Shown one piece after another: positions 39,661 to 48,497 of a DNA stretch of 51,968 nt; position 1 is the first letter of the stretch, and each line of letters opens with the position of its first letter. Location of the stretch: IMG/VR virus record IMGVR_UViG_3300048803_000048, positions 1 through 51,968 of that record; one strand, written 5' to 3'. The translations under genes were made by a program, and so were the position numbers. The notes beneath the pieces are model-generated. The model did not search any database and was not told the DNA's origin. It worked only from the letters and a program-made list of their open reading frames with translations. The stretch comes from a virus. Its lineage: Duplodnaviria; Caudoviricetes.

Positions 39661-40458
39661 TTACCTTCTAAAATTTTGATAAATAATATCATTTTTTATA
39701 TCCACTGGTTGCCCTTTCGGAGTTGAAACTGGAACAACACGACCCATATCATATCCAAACCAACGACCAGATAAACCATCTAACCATTTTTTTGCTTCTT
39801 CTTCTGTATTATATTCCATTGCATTTGTCGACCAAACATTTTCACCCTTTCCAGTTACTTCTGCACGAAATTTTTCGCTTGGTTGTTGCATATCAACTGG
39901 CTGTTGCTCTCCACCTAATTCTTCCTCACTAATTTGTTTAGCCAATACCCAATCTTCTAATTTTTTCTGATTGCTGCCATCAAGTTCAGCATAGAATCGA
40001 TTCATTACTGCATCTGCACCATATTGCTTGTAAAACGAATCAAATTTAGGTTTTAAATGCTGTACCATATTCTGCTCATTCTGCCATACTTGTTCAATGA
40101 AATCTGGCGAAAAATTATAACCAAACATTACCCATGCATGAATTGGTGAATCTGGTCCAGTTGCTTCTTTAAGTCCAATTTCTTCTTGAATTGGTTTAGC
40201 CATAGATTTTCCAAGCGGGTCGGGTGTACCATATGTTTCATTTTCAACACCTTTCTTAAAACGTTTTGCCAATGCTTTACGTGCAGGCGTACAGGTTGGT
40301 TTAGTCATTGGAGTACAATAACCTTTATGCTCTGGATTGACTGCCCCTTGAATCCATTTATCTTCGTCTTCGTTTAAAACCTCTCTTTTTTTAAAAGTCG
40401 GGTTTAATTTTGCCATTAATATAAACATTTTTTGTTTACTATCTTCAGAAATTGCCAT
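39661..40458 (-). CDS. Hypothetical modular protein with the shared N-terminal motif
   Basis: SKQKMFILMAKLNPTF; modules separated by LNE/IQE/ISE sites. Confidence 0.65.
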   Translation of the reverse strand: MAISEDSKQKMFILMAKLNPTFKKREVLNEDEDKWIQGAVNPEHKGYCTPMTKPTCTPARKALAKRFKKGVENETYGTPDPLGKSMAKPIQEEIGLKEATGPDSPIHAWVMFGYNFSPDFIEQVWQNEQNMVQHLKPKFDSFYKQYGADAVMNRFYAELDGSNQKKLEDWVLAKQISEEELGGEQQPVDMQQPSEKFRAEVTGKGENVWSTNAMEYNTEEEAKKWLDGLSGRWFGYDMGRVVPVSTPKGQPVDIKNDIIYQNFRR

Positions 40459-40642
40459 GTTATATATTTTTTATCTCTATAATGATATTTTCTATAAATA
40501 CAAAACTATTAATTAAAATGCATGAGTATTAACACAATCATATTTAATTAATTTTCTAAAATGACTTATAAGTATAAAATATTTTAGAAAATAATTAACA
40601 TTTCTCTAAATTTTTATAAAATTATTCGTATTTATTATTGAT

Positions 40643-41812
40643 ATGAAATATAAAACATTTAAATATAGGATATATCCAAATAATGAACAACAAGAATTAA
40701 TATTAAGACATATTGGTTGTTCTCGTTGGATATATAATTATGGTTTAGAGAAAAAAATTAAATCATATCAAGAAACAGGTAAAGGATTGTCAATGTTTGA
40801 TATTAAAAAAGAATTACCAATACTAAAGAAATCTGAAGATACTAAATGGTTAAAGGAAGTTAATTCTCAATCATTACAAGAATCATTGGTTCATTTAGAT
40901 AAAGCATTTACTAAGTTTTTTAAAGAAAAAAAGGGATTTCCTAAATTTAAATCAAAAAAGAATAACCGTCAAACTTTTTCAATACCACAAAGTACAATAG
41001 TTAATTTTGAGAATAATACTATTGATATTCCTAAATTTAAAAAATCGATTAAAATTATACTACACAGAAAATTCGAAGGTAAAATAAAAACATCAACAAT
41101 AAACAAAACATCAACAGATAAATATTTTATATCAATTTTAGTTGAATTAAATGAAAATAATCCAATAAAAAAACCAATTTGTGAAAGTCAAGCAATTGGT
41201 ATTGATTTGGGTATTAAAACATTTGCAACATTATCTAATAGTGTTGAAATTAAAAATCCTAAATACTTACGTAAGTCACTTAATAATTTAAAAAAAGCAC
41301 ATCGTAAAATGAGCAAAAAAATAAACGGAAGTAATAATTATAAAAAATCTGTTAAAAATTTAGCAATTTTACATGAAAAAGTGGCTAATAAACGTTTGGA
41401 TTTCTTACATAAAACAACACATTATTTAACAACTAATTACGATACATTATGTTTAGAAACATTAAAACCTTGTAATATGATTAAAAATCATAAGTTGGCA
41501 CAAGCATTAAATGACATTGCTATTGGTAAATTTAATGAAATACTTGATTATAAAGCTGAATGGTATGGTTGTAATGTATTAAAAATAGGTCAGTTTGAGC
41601 CAAGTAGTAAAATGTGTAGTTGTGGTGTTATAAATAAAGAATTAAAACTAAGCGATAGGACATGGACATGTAAAAGTTGTAGTGTTACTCATGACAGGGA
41701 TTTATTGGCAGCAAATAACATCAAACATTTTGCTTTTTTAAAAAATAATACGGCAGGAACTGCCGAAATTCACGCTTATGGAGATATGAACGAGATTACT
41801 CGTTCAGCCTAA
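40643..41812 (+). CDS. tnpB: TnpB RNA-guided endonuclease (IS200/IS605 family); no tnpA nearby
   Basis: KYRIYP HTH, GIDLG (RuvC-I), CLETL (RuvC-II), CSCG/CKSC zinc ribbon, DRD..AA.NI (RuvC-III). Confidence 0.95.
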   Translation: MKYKTFKYRIYPNNEQQELILRHIGCSRWIYNYGLEKKIKSYQETGKGLSMFDIKKELPILKKSEDTKWLKEVNSQSLQESLVHLDKAFTKFFKEKKGFPKFKSKKNNRQTFSIPQSTIVNFENNTIDIPKFKKSIKIILHRKFEGKIKTSTINKTSTDKYFISILVELNENNPIKKPICESQAIGIDLGIKTFATLSNSVEIKNPKYLRKSLNNLKKAHRKMSKKINGSNNYKKSVKNLAILHEKVANKRLDFLHKTTHYLTTNYDTLCLETLKPCNMIKNHKLAQALNDIAIGKFNEILDYKAEWYGCNVLKIGQFEPSSKMCSCGVINKELKLSDRTWTCKSCSVTHDRDLLAANNIKHFAFLKNNTAGTAEIHAYGDMNEITRSA

Positions 41813-41854
41813 GAAACTATTATTAGTAGTTCACAATGTTTAAATGGTATTTTT
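41745..41854 (+). ncRNA. Putative TnpB omega/reRNA 3' scaffold, right end (...GTAGTTCAC, ending 41834) and guide
   Basis: Hairpins CGGCAG-GAA-CTGCCG and TGAACGAG..CTCGTTCA; typical TCAC end. Confidence 0.6.
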
Positions 41855-41891
41855 AATAGAAAATAAAACTATTTATAAGAAATTAATTAAA

Positions 41892-44045
41892 ATGAATTTA
41901 GAGTGCCTAAATGGTATAATTACAGATAATTTAGCAATACAAATTGATTTAACTCAGTTAAAATCATGGGATTTAAACACTGGTTTTACTGCATTTAGTT
42001 TAACCAAATGGGCGGGTGCTGTATCTGACAATATTAATCTTATTGATTTTGGTCTAACCGAGTTCGATAATGGCAGAACAAATATTATGTGGAGTGGCAT
42101 AACATTAACGCCAAAAGACACATTATTTTCAATGTATAGGATTGGCTATAATGTAATTCAAAATCCCACAAGCAATAATACAAGTGGTTATACTGCAACA
42201 ACGAAATATAATGGATATTCTATAAGTGGTATAACAACAAGTACATTTGGTAATTACTTCGAACTTAATGGTGGATATCTACAAGGATTTTTTAAATTAG
42301 ACGGATACAATTTCAGTTTATTACCATCAAGATATAATAATGGTATTACGATTGAAACACTTGTTAAATTAGAACCAGATTCTCAAGGCATATTTTATAT
42401 GATGGGACTTCGTGCAGAAGACAAATATAATCCGTATTTTAGTGGTGAAACAACAATTAGTGGAACAAGTATTATTGAGAATACAATCAGTGGAACTACA
42501 ATCAGTGGAACTGGTGTCAGTGGCGTTAATTCAAGCGAAAACAATTACTTAGATGCGTTTTATAAAACTGATGTAAATAGACTCGCATTTGCTGATTGGA
42601 GCATGAGAAAAAAAGTGGAATATAAAGAATTTCCACCAATTGACAATATTAAAGGTAATGCAATTGCATTCTTTTTAACAGCAGAAAAACACTTGGGATA
42701 TAAGTACATCGATAATGAAGGTTTAATTGTTCAAAACATTAGTCCAACACAAATTTTTCCCACCACTGGCTGGACCATGATAGCAATATCATTTTTGCCA
42801 AATGATATAATTACCTATACTGATTATGAATTATTTTTATGTGCTCCGCAAAGAATGGGTAAAATGATATTTTATGTTAATGGCAGAGCACAATGGATTC
42901 TTAGGGATTTTCCAGAATATTTCTTTCATGCATTAAAAAACCAAAAAGAAAAACAAATCGGTGTACCGTACTCAATTAGTTGGGGTGGTGGCTCATTTGG
43001 TCTAAGACATTCATGGCATTACGATTATCAGAAATATAAAATATATACAGGTGAAGATACACAATACATTGAAGACAATTTCTTTGTAGAAGCTGACCCA
43101 ATTCCCACAGAATGCTATATACCTCCAACAGGAAGTACATATCTTCCAGGATTGGCACTTAGTGCAGACAGCAATACGTTTAGCAGGATAGATAAATGTG
43201 ACCCAACAATTATTCATCCAACAACAGTAATGCGTATTGAATATACTGGAACTACGGGAAATACTGGTGGAACTGCAAACAAATATTTTATCAAATTCAA
43301 TCATCCGATTACAGTTCTTTCAAATAGAGATTATGAGATAGATATGTCATTTTTTGATTCTGGATTTTTTAAGACGTATGATATTAATGGTAATGAAATA
43401 ATTAATAAAGCAACTATTATAGTATATGGTACTGTCGATATTGATATTGTTGACGAAGTAAGATATTCAAATCCTCTTACTGCTACCGACCTATTAGATT
43501 TGTATGGCGGTAAATTACACCCGTTTCCCGACAGGCAAGACTATCAGTACATATATACTGATGGTGTTATGTATTATGGTGCTACGGGTCTTCCTGTGGC
43601 AGTACAAGATGCAATATTCTTTGGCTTTGCACCACCAGAAAATTATTTGATGTATGATAATACAATATATGGTAATGTTGTAACGGGTACAAATGGTTGG
43701 AAACCGCTTAAAGCAGTATTCAGAACCAAAGAAAATTCCGGACAACAAATTGTATATATTGGATTATTACTTGAAAGTAAACAAGAATTTAATTTAAACA
43801 TGCCAATATACGTGAATGACTTCACATATACGGGAGCAGACATATTAGTACAAGACCCAAGAAAAAATGATTTGCTGATTGAACAGAATTTTGATGAATC
43901 ATTTATTGGTGGTATTCAAAAACTCAGAGTTTACAATCGGGGTTTGACTCCATCAGAGATTCTTCATAATGCACTTATTGAAATGAAACTTAATCCGTCT
44001 TTAAATATGAGAGTAACTAAAGGCGGTAGAATAATTTATAGATAA
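41892..44045 (+). CDS. Virion protein with LamG/concanavalin-like domain(s)
   Basis: ITIETLVK, W.MIAI, IFYVNG, F.GGIQKLRVYNRGLT.SEI. Confidence 0.6.
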   Translation: MNLECLNGIITDNLAIQIDLTQLKSWDLNTGFTAFSLTKWAGAVSDNINLIDFGLTEFDNGRTNIMWSGITLTPKDTLFSMYRIGYNVIQNPTSNNTSGYTATTKYNGYSISGITTSTFGNYFELNGGYLQGFFKLDGYNFSLLPSRYNNGITIETLVKLEPDSQGIFYMMGLRAEDKYNPYFSGETTISGTSIIENTISGTTISGTGVSGVNSSENNYLDAFYKTDVNRLAFADWSMRKKVEYKEFPPIDNIKGNAIAFFLTAEKHLGYKYIDNEGLIVQNISPTQIFPTTGWTMIAISFLPNDIITYTDYELFLCAPQRMGKMIFYVNGRAQWILRDFPEYFFHALKNQKEKQIGVPYSISWGGGSFGLRHSWHYDYQKYKIYTGEDTQYIEDNFFVEADPIPTECYIPPTGSTYLPGLALSADSNTFSRIDKCDPTIIHPTTVMRIEYTGTTGNTGGTANKYFIKFNHPITVLSNRDYEIDMSFFDSGFFKTYDINGNEIINKATIIVYGTVDIDIVDEVRYSNPLTATDLLDLYGGKLHPFPDRQDYQYIYTDGVMYYGATGLPVAVQDAIFFGFAPPENYLMYDNTIYGNVVTGTNGWKPLKAVFRTKENSGQQIVYIGLLLESKQEFNLNMPIYVNDFTYTGADILVQDPRKNDLLIEQNFDESFIGGIQKLRVYNRGLTPSEILHNALIEMKLNPSLNMRVTKGGRIIYR

Positions 44046-44046
44046 T

Positions 44047-44256
44047 ATGGGTCAATTAGAAGAAATTTATGAAGGGTGGAAAAATCTCGCATTTCCCAAT
44101 CTTGATGTTGAAGCAATTGCTAAAAAAAGAATTGCTATTTGTGTCGCTAATGAATGTGGTAAATTCAAAAAGAATAAATCGTGTGCAATGTGTGGCTGTT
44201 ATATGCCAGCAAAGGTCCGAAGTCCTAAATCACAGTGCAAATTAAAAAAATGGTAA
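44047..44256 (+). CDS. Small Cys-rich protein (DUF6171-like)
   Basis: R.AIC...C.....C..CGC....K......C..KKW. Confidence 0.7.
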   Translation: MGQLEEIYEGWKNLAFPNLDVEAIAKKRIAICVANECGKFKKNKSCAMCGCYMPAKVRSPKSQCKLKKW

Positions 44257-44264
44257 TTAAAATA

Positions 44265-44888
44265 TTAGCAATATCCTACTTTCGTAGCATTATCATAATC
44301 TGCAGGTGTTTTCATGTCATTTCCCGCCCCATGACTAATAAAATCACTTAACATGTCTCTAAGAAATAAATGTTGAATTCTTTTTGGCGCATGTTCAAAT
44401 GCAGAGAACTCAATTTTATCACCCTCAAATCCTTCTTCAATTGAAAACATTTCAACGTCAATAGCATCCCAATCTATTTGATTAAACCAATTACCGCCAG
44501 ATGGTGGAGTCGAATCGGGCATAGTACCCATCAATTTACCTGGGTCGTAATCGCTATCTTCAGAATACCCAATTCTGTCACCCTTTAATTGCAGCCCTAA
44601 TTTCGCTGGTTCTTTGGTAGTATCATAAGTATATGCCAATTCAATAATATAATCAATGGTCATATATTCCCTTTCTTCCCAATTATCGCCAAATTCTGAT
44701 TGAACTACTTGCAATGTTTTTATTTTTTCTTTTCGTTTTAAAAGTAAATCGCAAATAAATTGTTTCTGAAATTCTTCGTTTTTAATTACATTAACACCTT
44801 CTTCTTCTTTGACATATTGTTCATTGCCCAAAAAATCGAATTCCGAAATTTCTTCATTTATTATTTTAATGAGTTGCTTGTTTTTCAT
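44265..44888 (-). CDS. Hypothetical protein, possibly head-associated
   Basis: MKNKQLIKIINEEI N-terminus; acidic. Confidence 0.6.
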   Translation of the reverse strand: MKNKQLIKIINEEISEFDFLGNEQYVKEEEGVNVIKNEEFQKQFICDLLLKRKEKIKTLQVVQSEFGDNWEEREYMTIDYIIELAYTYDTTKEPAKLGLQLKGDRIGYSEDSDYDPGKLMGTMPDSTPPSGGNWFNQIDWDAIDVEMFSIEEGFEGDKIEFSAFEHAPKRIQHLFLRDMLSDFISHGAGNDMKTPADYDNATKVGYC

Positions 44889-44964
44889 CAAAGTTTATTT
44901 GCTAATAAATACTAATATATTTGTATAAAAGATAGGCAGAACCTATAATTAAAAGTATTTATAT

Positions 44965-45125
44965 GGGAAAGTCATTGCTTAATTACTGAATTAAGTTACG
45001 TCTGAAAAATCAGGAATGATTTTTAAATTTTATTGCCTGTTAGTGGTTACGTAAAATTTTTAAGACCTAACTGATTGAAATTTAAAAGGATAGTTGCACC
45101 CCAATAAAGCGGGGTGCAATTTTTT
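44965..45125 (+). ncRNA. Candidate novel structured ncRNA (~160 nt)
   Basis: GTATTTATA motif at 44955, no ORF, several helices, two GUUACGU motifs, ends in a terminator. Confidence 0.5.
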
Positions 45126-45126
45126 T
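45094..45126. terminator. Intrinsic terminator
   Basis: TTGCACCCC-AATAAAGC-GGGGTGCAA-TTTTTTT. Confidence 0.85.
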
Positions 45127-46330
45127 ATAGGGGGTAGGAATACTCCATGTCGAGATAGTTGGTTAATATTATTTCATTGTCTCGAATTTCTTTTACATAA
45201 TTAGGTAAAAGTGGAATTTTACCACCGCCACCAGGTGCATCAATTACGTATTGCGGTACTGCATATCCACTTGTAAAGCCACGTAATCCCTTAATAATAT
45301 CAAGTCCTGTCTGTATTGATGTTCTGAAGTGTAAAGAGCCGGGAATTGGGTCGCATTGATATATGTAATATGGTCTAACACGAACACTAAGCAAACCCTT
45401 ATTAAGCCTTCTGAAGGTTTCTATATTATCATTAATCCCTTTCAATAAAACGCTCTGTGACCCCAATGGAATGCCTGCATCAGCCAACATGTTACATGCC
45501 AATCGAGTTTCTTCCGAAAGTTCGTCAGGATGGCTGAAATGTATACTCATGTAAAGCGGATGATACTTCTTCAAGATATTCATCAACTCTGGAGTTATAC
45601 GCATAGGCAGAACTACGGGTACTTTAGTTCCAATACGTATTATTTCTACATGTTTTATGTTACGTAATCTATGTAATATGTATTCTATTTGGTCGTCACG
45701 TAAAGTCAAAGGGTCACCACCAGAAACAATTACATCACGAATTTCGGAATGACTTTCAATATATTGAAAACCCAATTCCCATTGAGATTTTGTTGCGGTT
45801 ATATGGTTTTCTTTTGAAACCATATGACTTCTCGTACAATACCTACAATAAGTACTGCAAAAGTTCGTAATCAAAAATAATGCCCTGTCGAGATATCGAT
45901 GAACAATATTTGGAACAGGCGAATACTTTCCTTCATCGAGAGGGTCTTCTTTCTCACCTTTAATCTGATTTAATTCACTTACCGTAGGAATAATTGTTTT
46001 ATATAATGGATGGTCCGCAGATAGTGTATCCAATAAATAAACAAAATACGGTGTTATTCTAAATGGTAAATGATTTACTGGCATATCAATAATAGTACCG
46101 TTCTTTTTCTTACTCAATACTTGTATAAGTTTTTCGGTGTTGGTAATACTGTTTATAATTTGCCATTTCCAATCATTCCAATTTTCAAGGGTACTGCCTT
46201 TAAAATTCTCGTCAATAAAAAGTTTTAATTTAATTTTTTGAAGCAAGGATTTACTATCCTTGCATTTCGCAGGATAATCATCACTACATTCTGATTCATT
46301 TTGAGACGGTTGTAAATTTTGTTCGTTCAT
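45125..46330 (-). CDS. kamA: KamA-family radical SAM enzyme (lysine 2,3-aminomutase-like)
   Basis: DWKWQ, FRITPY, EDPL.E, HRY.DR, CSTYCRYCTR, SGGDPL, RIGTK.P, QSVLLKG.ND, RPYY.YQCD, PGGGGK (PLP lysine); TAATTTTG promoter at 46378-46385. Confidence 0.92.
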   Translation of the reverse strand: MNEQNLQPSQNESECSDDYPAKCKDSKSLLQKIKLKLFIDENFKGSTLENWNDWKWQIINSITNTEKLIQVLSKKKNGTIIDMPVNHLPFRITPYFVYLLDTLSADHPLYKTIIPTVSELNQIKGEKEDPLDEGKYSPVPNIVHRYLDRALFLITNFCSTYCRYCTRSHMVSKENHITATKSQWELGFQYIESHSEIRDVIVSGGDPLTLRDDQIEYILHRLRNIKHVEIIRIGTKVPVVLPMRITPELMNILKKYHPLYMSIHFSHPDELSEETRLACNMLADAGIPLGSQSVLLKGINDNIETFRRLNKGLLSVRVRPYYIYQCDPIPGSLHFRTSIQTGLDIIKGLRGFTSGYAVPQYVIDAPGGGGKIPLLPNYVKEIRDNEIILTNYLDMEYSYPL

Positions 46331-46482
46331 CTATTTTTTGTTTAGTATAAATATAAGGAATACATAAAAAAGTCGTGCAAAATTACAATTATTTTAATAA
46401 AAAAATAACAATAAAAAAACAATAATTTTGATGTCATTATAACTTACGTCATTATAGAAGTATTTATATAAAATTGGCAATT

Positions 46483-46824
46483 ATGGCTAAGAAAAATACT
46501 AAACAACTGCTTTTTGAAAACATGGGAAAACTGAATCCTGAGTTTAAAATGCAAGAAGAGCAAAATTTACAAGAACTACAACCTGTTGCAGCTACAAGCA
46601 CTGCAACACAACAATATGGTCAGCAACCAGATGTTACTTATGCCGATAGTACATATAAAACTATTGCACCTGCATTAAAGCAAATCAATACTCCCGAAAA
46701 GTTTGCAGGAGCATTTAAAGGTTGGTTTCAATACTTAGGATATACACCACAAGCAGGTAACATGACGATTCAAAGAGCAAGAATGGATGTCGAAAACGCC
46801 TTAAAAGCACTTGGCTATAGATAA
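46483..46824 (+). CDS. Hypothetical protein with the shared N-terminal motif
   Basis: MAKKNTKQLLFENMGKLNPEF; GTATTTATA upstream. Confidence 0.65.
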   Translation: MAKKNTKQLLFENMGKLNPEFKMQEEQNLQELQPVAATSTATQQYGQQPDVTYADSTYKTIAPALKQINTPEKFAGAFKGWFQYLGYTPQAGNMTIQRARMDVENALKALGYR

Positions 46825-46861
46825 AAAAATAAAAATATTTTAAAAATAAATTGATATTTGC

Positions 46862-46891
46862 TTGTATTTATAATTTTAATGCATATATTTG
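46862..46891 (+). promoter_or_regulatory. Bacteroidota sigma-A-type promoter for the leader/tRNA transcript
   Basis: TTG (46862-64), 19 nt, TATATTTG (46884-91), matching the -33/-7 consensus TTG/TAnnTTTG. Confidence 0.7.
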
Positions 46892-46925
46892 CAAGGATTT
46901 TGTTTTAATAAATGTTTTGAAGAAG

Positions 46926-47000
46926 ATGAAAAGATTAACAAACATACAACCCCAACCGCAGCAACATCCACAGATGTCTGAATGGGGAAGCTATGCTTAA
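46926..47000 (+). CDS. Putative attenuator leader peptide MKRLTNIQPQPQQHPQMSEWGSYA
   Basis: Run CAA CCC CAA CCG CAG CAA CAT CCA CAG matches the amino acids of the downstream tRNAs. Confidence 0.75.
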   Translation: MKRLTNIQPQPQQHPQMSEWGSYA

Positions 47001-47037
47001 ATCTTTTTATCAAAAAGAAGTTTTAAGGTTAGACATG

Positions 47038-47072
47038 AAACCCCATTCGCAAGGATGGGGTTTTTGTTTTTT
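47038..47072 (+). terminator. Attenuator terminator immediately before the tRNA array
   Basis: AAACCCCATTC-GCAA-GGATGGGGTTT followed by a T-tract; its 5' arm is also complementary to leader GAATGGGG. Confidence 0.85.
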
Positions 47073-47079
47073 GATATAT

Positions 47080-47173
47080 CGGGTAGTGAGCGAGTGGATG
47101 AAGCTGCTGGTCTTGGAAACCAGTGACGGCACAAAGGTAGTGTCGTCCGTGGGTTCGAACCCCACCCGCCCGA
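47080..47173 (+). tRNA. tRNA-Pro(TGG) with an atypical long variable arm
   Basis: Stem CTGGT/ACCAG, loop CT-TGG-AA; 8-bp variable stem; GGTTCGAAC; C1:G72, A73; no encoded CCA. Confidence 0.75.
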
Positions 47174-47295
47174 AGTAGTTGAAGTTAAATTACCTGCACG
47201 TGGTAACTACTGCACAATCGAAAGATTGACTAAAAATTTAACGAGTTCTTTGACATGATACGATTAATTTTTATATATTTACAAAAAATAAATGT

Positions 47296-47805
47296 ATGAG
47301 AAATATAAAAGATGTTTTATTTGAGGCAAAAAGAAAAGGATACCATTCTGATATGAATGGCAATATATTTTCATCAAAAAAGAAAATTGCATTACGTAAA
47401 TCAAATCAAAATAGATATAATTTTACTATTAGATTTTATGGTGAAAGAGTAACAATTGCCGTACACAAATTTATTGGTTATTTGAAATTCGGTGATGAAA
47501 TATTTAAAGAAGGTATTGAAATAAGACATTTAGATGATAATTCATTAAATAATTCATGGATTAACATCGGTATTGGAACACATATTGAAAACATGGGTGA
47601 TATTCCAAAAGAAACAAGAATTAAAAGAGCAGTTAATGCTACTAACTATGTTAGACGTTTTAACGATAATACAGTAAAAGAAATAATTAATGATAGAAAT
47701 AATGGATTTACATATGTACAATTATGTGATAAATATAATACAAGCAAATCTACATTAAGTTACTTTTTCAATAATGCTCAATATAGTAAAATAAAAACAG
47801 AGTAG
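47296..47805 (+). CDS. HNH homing endonuclease inside the tRNA array
   Basis: VHKFI...EIRHLDDNSLNN...I.IGT..EN..D and a C-terminal HTH. Confidence 0.85.
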   Translation: MRNIKDVLFEAKRKGYHSDMNGNIFSSKKKIALRKSNQNRYNFTIRFYGERVTIAVHKFIGYLKFGDEIFKEGIEIRHLDDNSLNNSWINIGIGTHIENMGDIPKETRIKRAVNATNYVRRFNDNTVKEIINDRNNGFTYVQLCDKYNTSKSTLSYFFNNAQYSKIKTE

Positions 47806-47874
47806 TTGGGGAGTTGGTCACCCCGCCACATTTGGGATGTGGAGAACTCGTGAGTTCGAATCTCACCTACTCTA
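47799..47874 (+). tRNA. tRNA-Pro(TGG)
   Basis: Acceptor AGAGTAG/CTACTCT; loop TT-TGG-GA; GTTCGAAT. Confidence 0.85.
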
Positions 47875-47876
47875 CT

Positions 47877-47953
47877 GTGCTAAGTGTAGATGTTGGCATT
47901 CTTCACCTGACTGTGAATCAGGGTTTCGTGGGTTCGATTCCCATTTAGCACCA
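47877..47953 (+). tRNA. tRNA-His(GTG) with an atypical D-arm
   Basis: GTGCTAA/TTAGCAC; CCTGA-CT-GTG-AA-TCAGG; GGTTCGATT. Confidence 0.7.
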
Positions 47954-48039
47954 AAATATCGTTTAAAAATACGATAATTTAAAAATATCGTGTGTAGATA
48001 GCATAATTAGTATTTATGCATTGAAAATACGATAATTTT

Positions 48040-48116
48040 CGGGGTGTAGTTCAGTTGGTTAGAATGGGTGCTTTGGGAGCATCAGGTCGCAAATTCGAGT
48101 TTTGCCATCCCGACCA
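48040..48116 (+). tRNA. tRNA-Pro(TGG)
   Basis: CGGGGTG/CATCCCG-A-CCA; loop TT-TGG-GA. Confidence 0.9.
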
Positions 48117-48119
48117 TAT

Positions 48120-48196
48120 GGTGAGCGTAGTTCAGTTGGTAGAACACCAGATTGTGGTTCTGGTAGTCGCAAGTTCAAATCTTGTCGCTCACCCCA
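48120..48196 (+). tRNA. tRNA-His(GTG)
   Basis: G-1:C73, loop TT-GTG-GT, CCA encoded. Confidence 0.95.
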
Positions 48197-48237
48197 AATC
48201 GGCAATAAATTAATAAAATTGCCAAAAATGTGATATT

Positions 48238-48378
48238 ATGAAAAAGGGTAACAAACAAAATGCCTTCCTTAATGGCGAATGGGCAGCACACATGCGTAAA
48301 TGGGGTAAATCTTTCACCGCCAAAATACGCAGAACTGTTGACAAAAGGGTTATTAGGGAAGAACTTAAAAATACATGA
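48238..48378 (+). CDS. Small basic 46-aa protein within the tRNA array
   Basis: MKKGNKQNAFLNGEWAAHMRKWGKSFTAKIRRTVDKRVIREELKNT. Confidence 0.55.
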   Translation: MKKGNKQNAFLNGEWAAHMRKWGKSFTAKIRRTVDKRVIREELKNT

Positions 48379-48424
48379 TAAAATAAAGTCTGACTTTAAA
48401 TTATCACGTATATAAGTGATATAT

Positions 48425-48497
48425 TGTCTCGTGGTGTAATGGTTAACATGTTTGACTCTGAATCAAAAGAGTGCAGGTCCGACTCCTGCTGAGACAA
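48425..48497 (+). tRNA. tRNA-Gln(CTG)
   Basis: TGTCTCG/TGAGACA; loop CT-CTG-AA; variant T-loop TCCGACT. Confidence 0.85.

Noticed and set aside
46993-47178. 61-aa ORF in the track
   Set aside because: It runs through the attenuator terminator and the first tRNA, so it is spurious. The credible ORF is the leader at 46926-47000.
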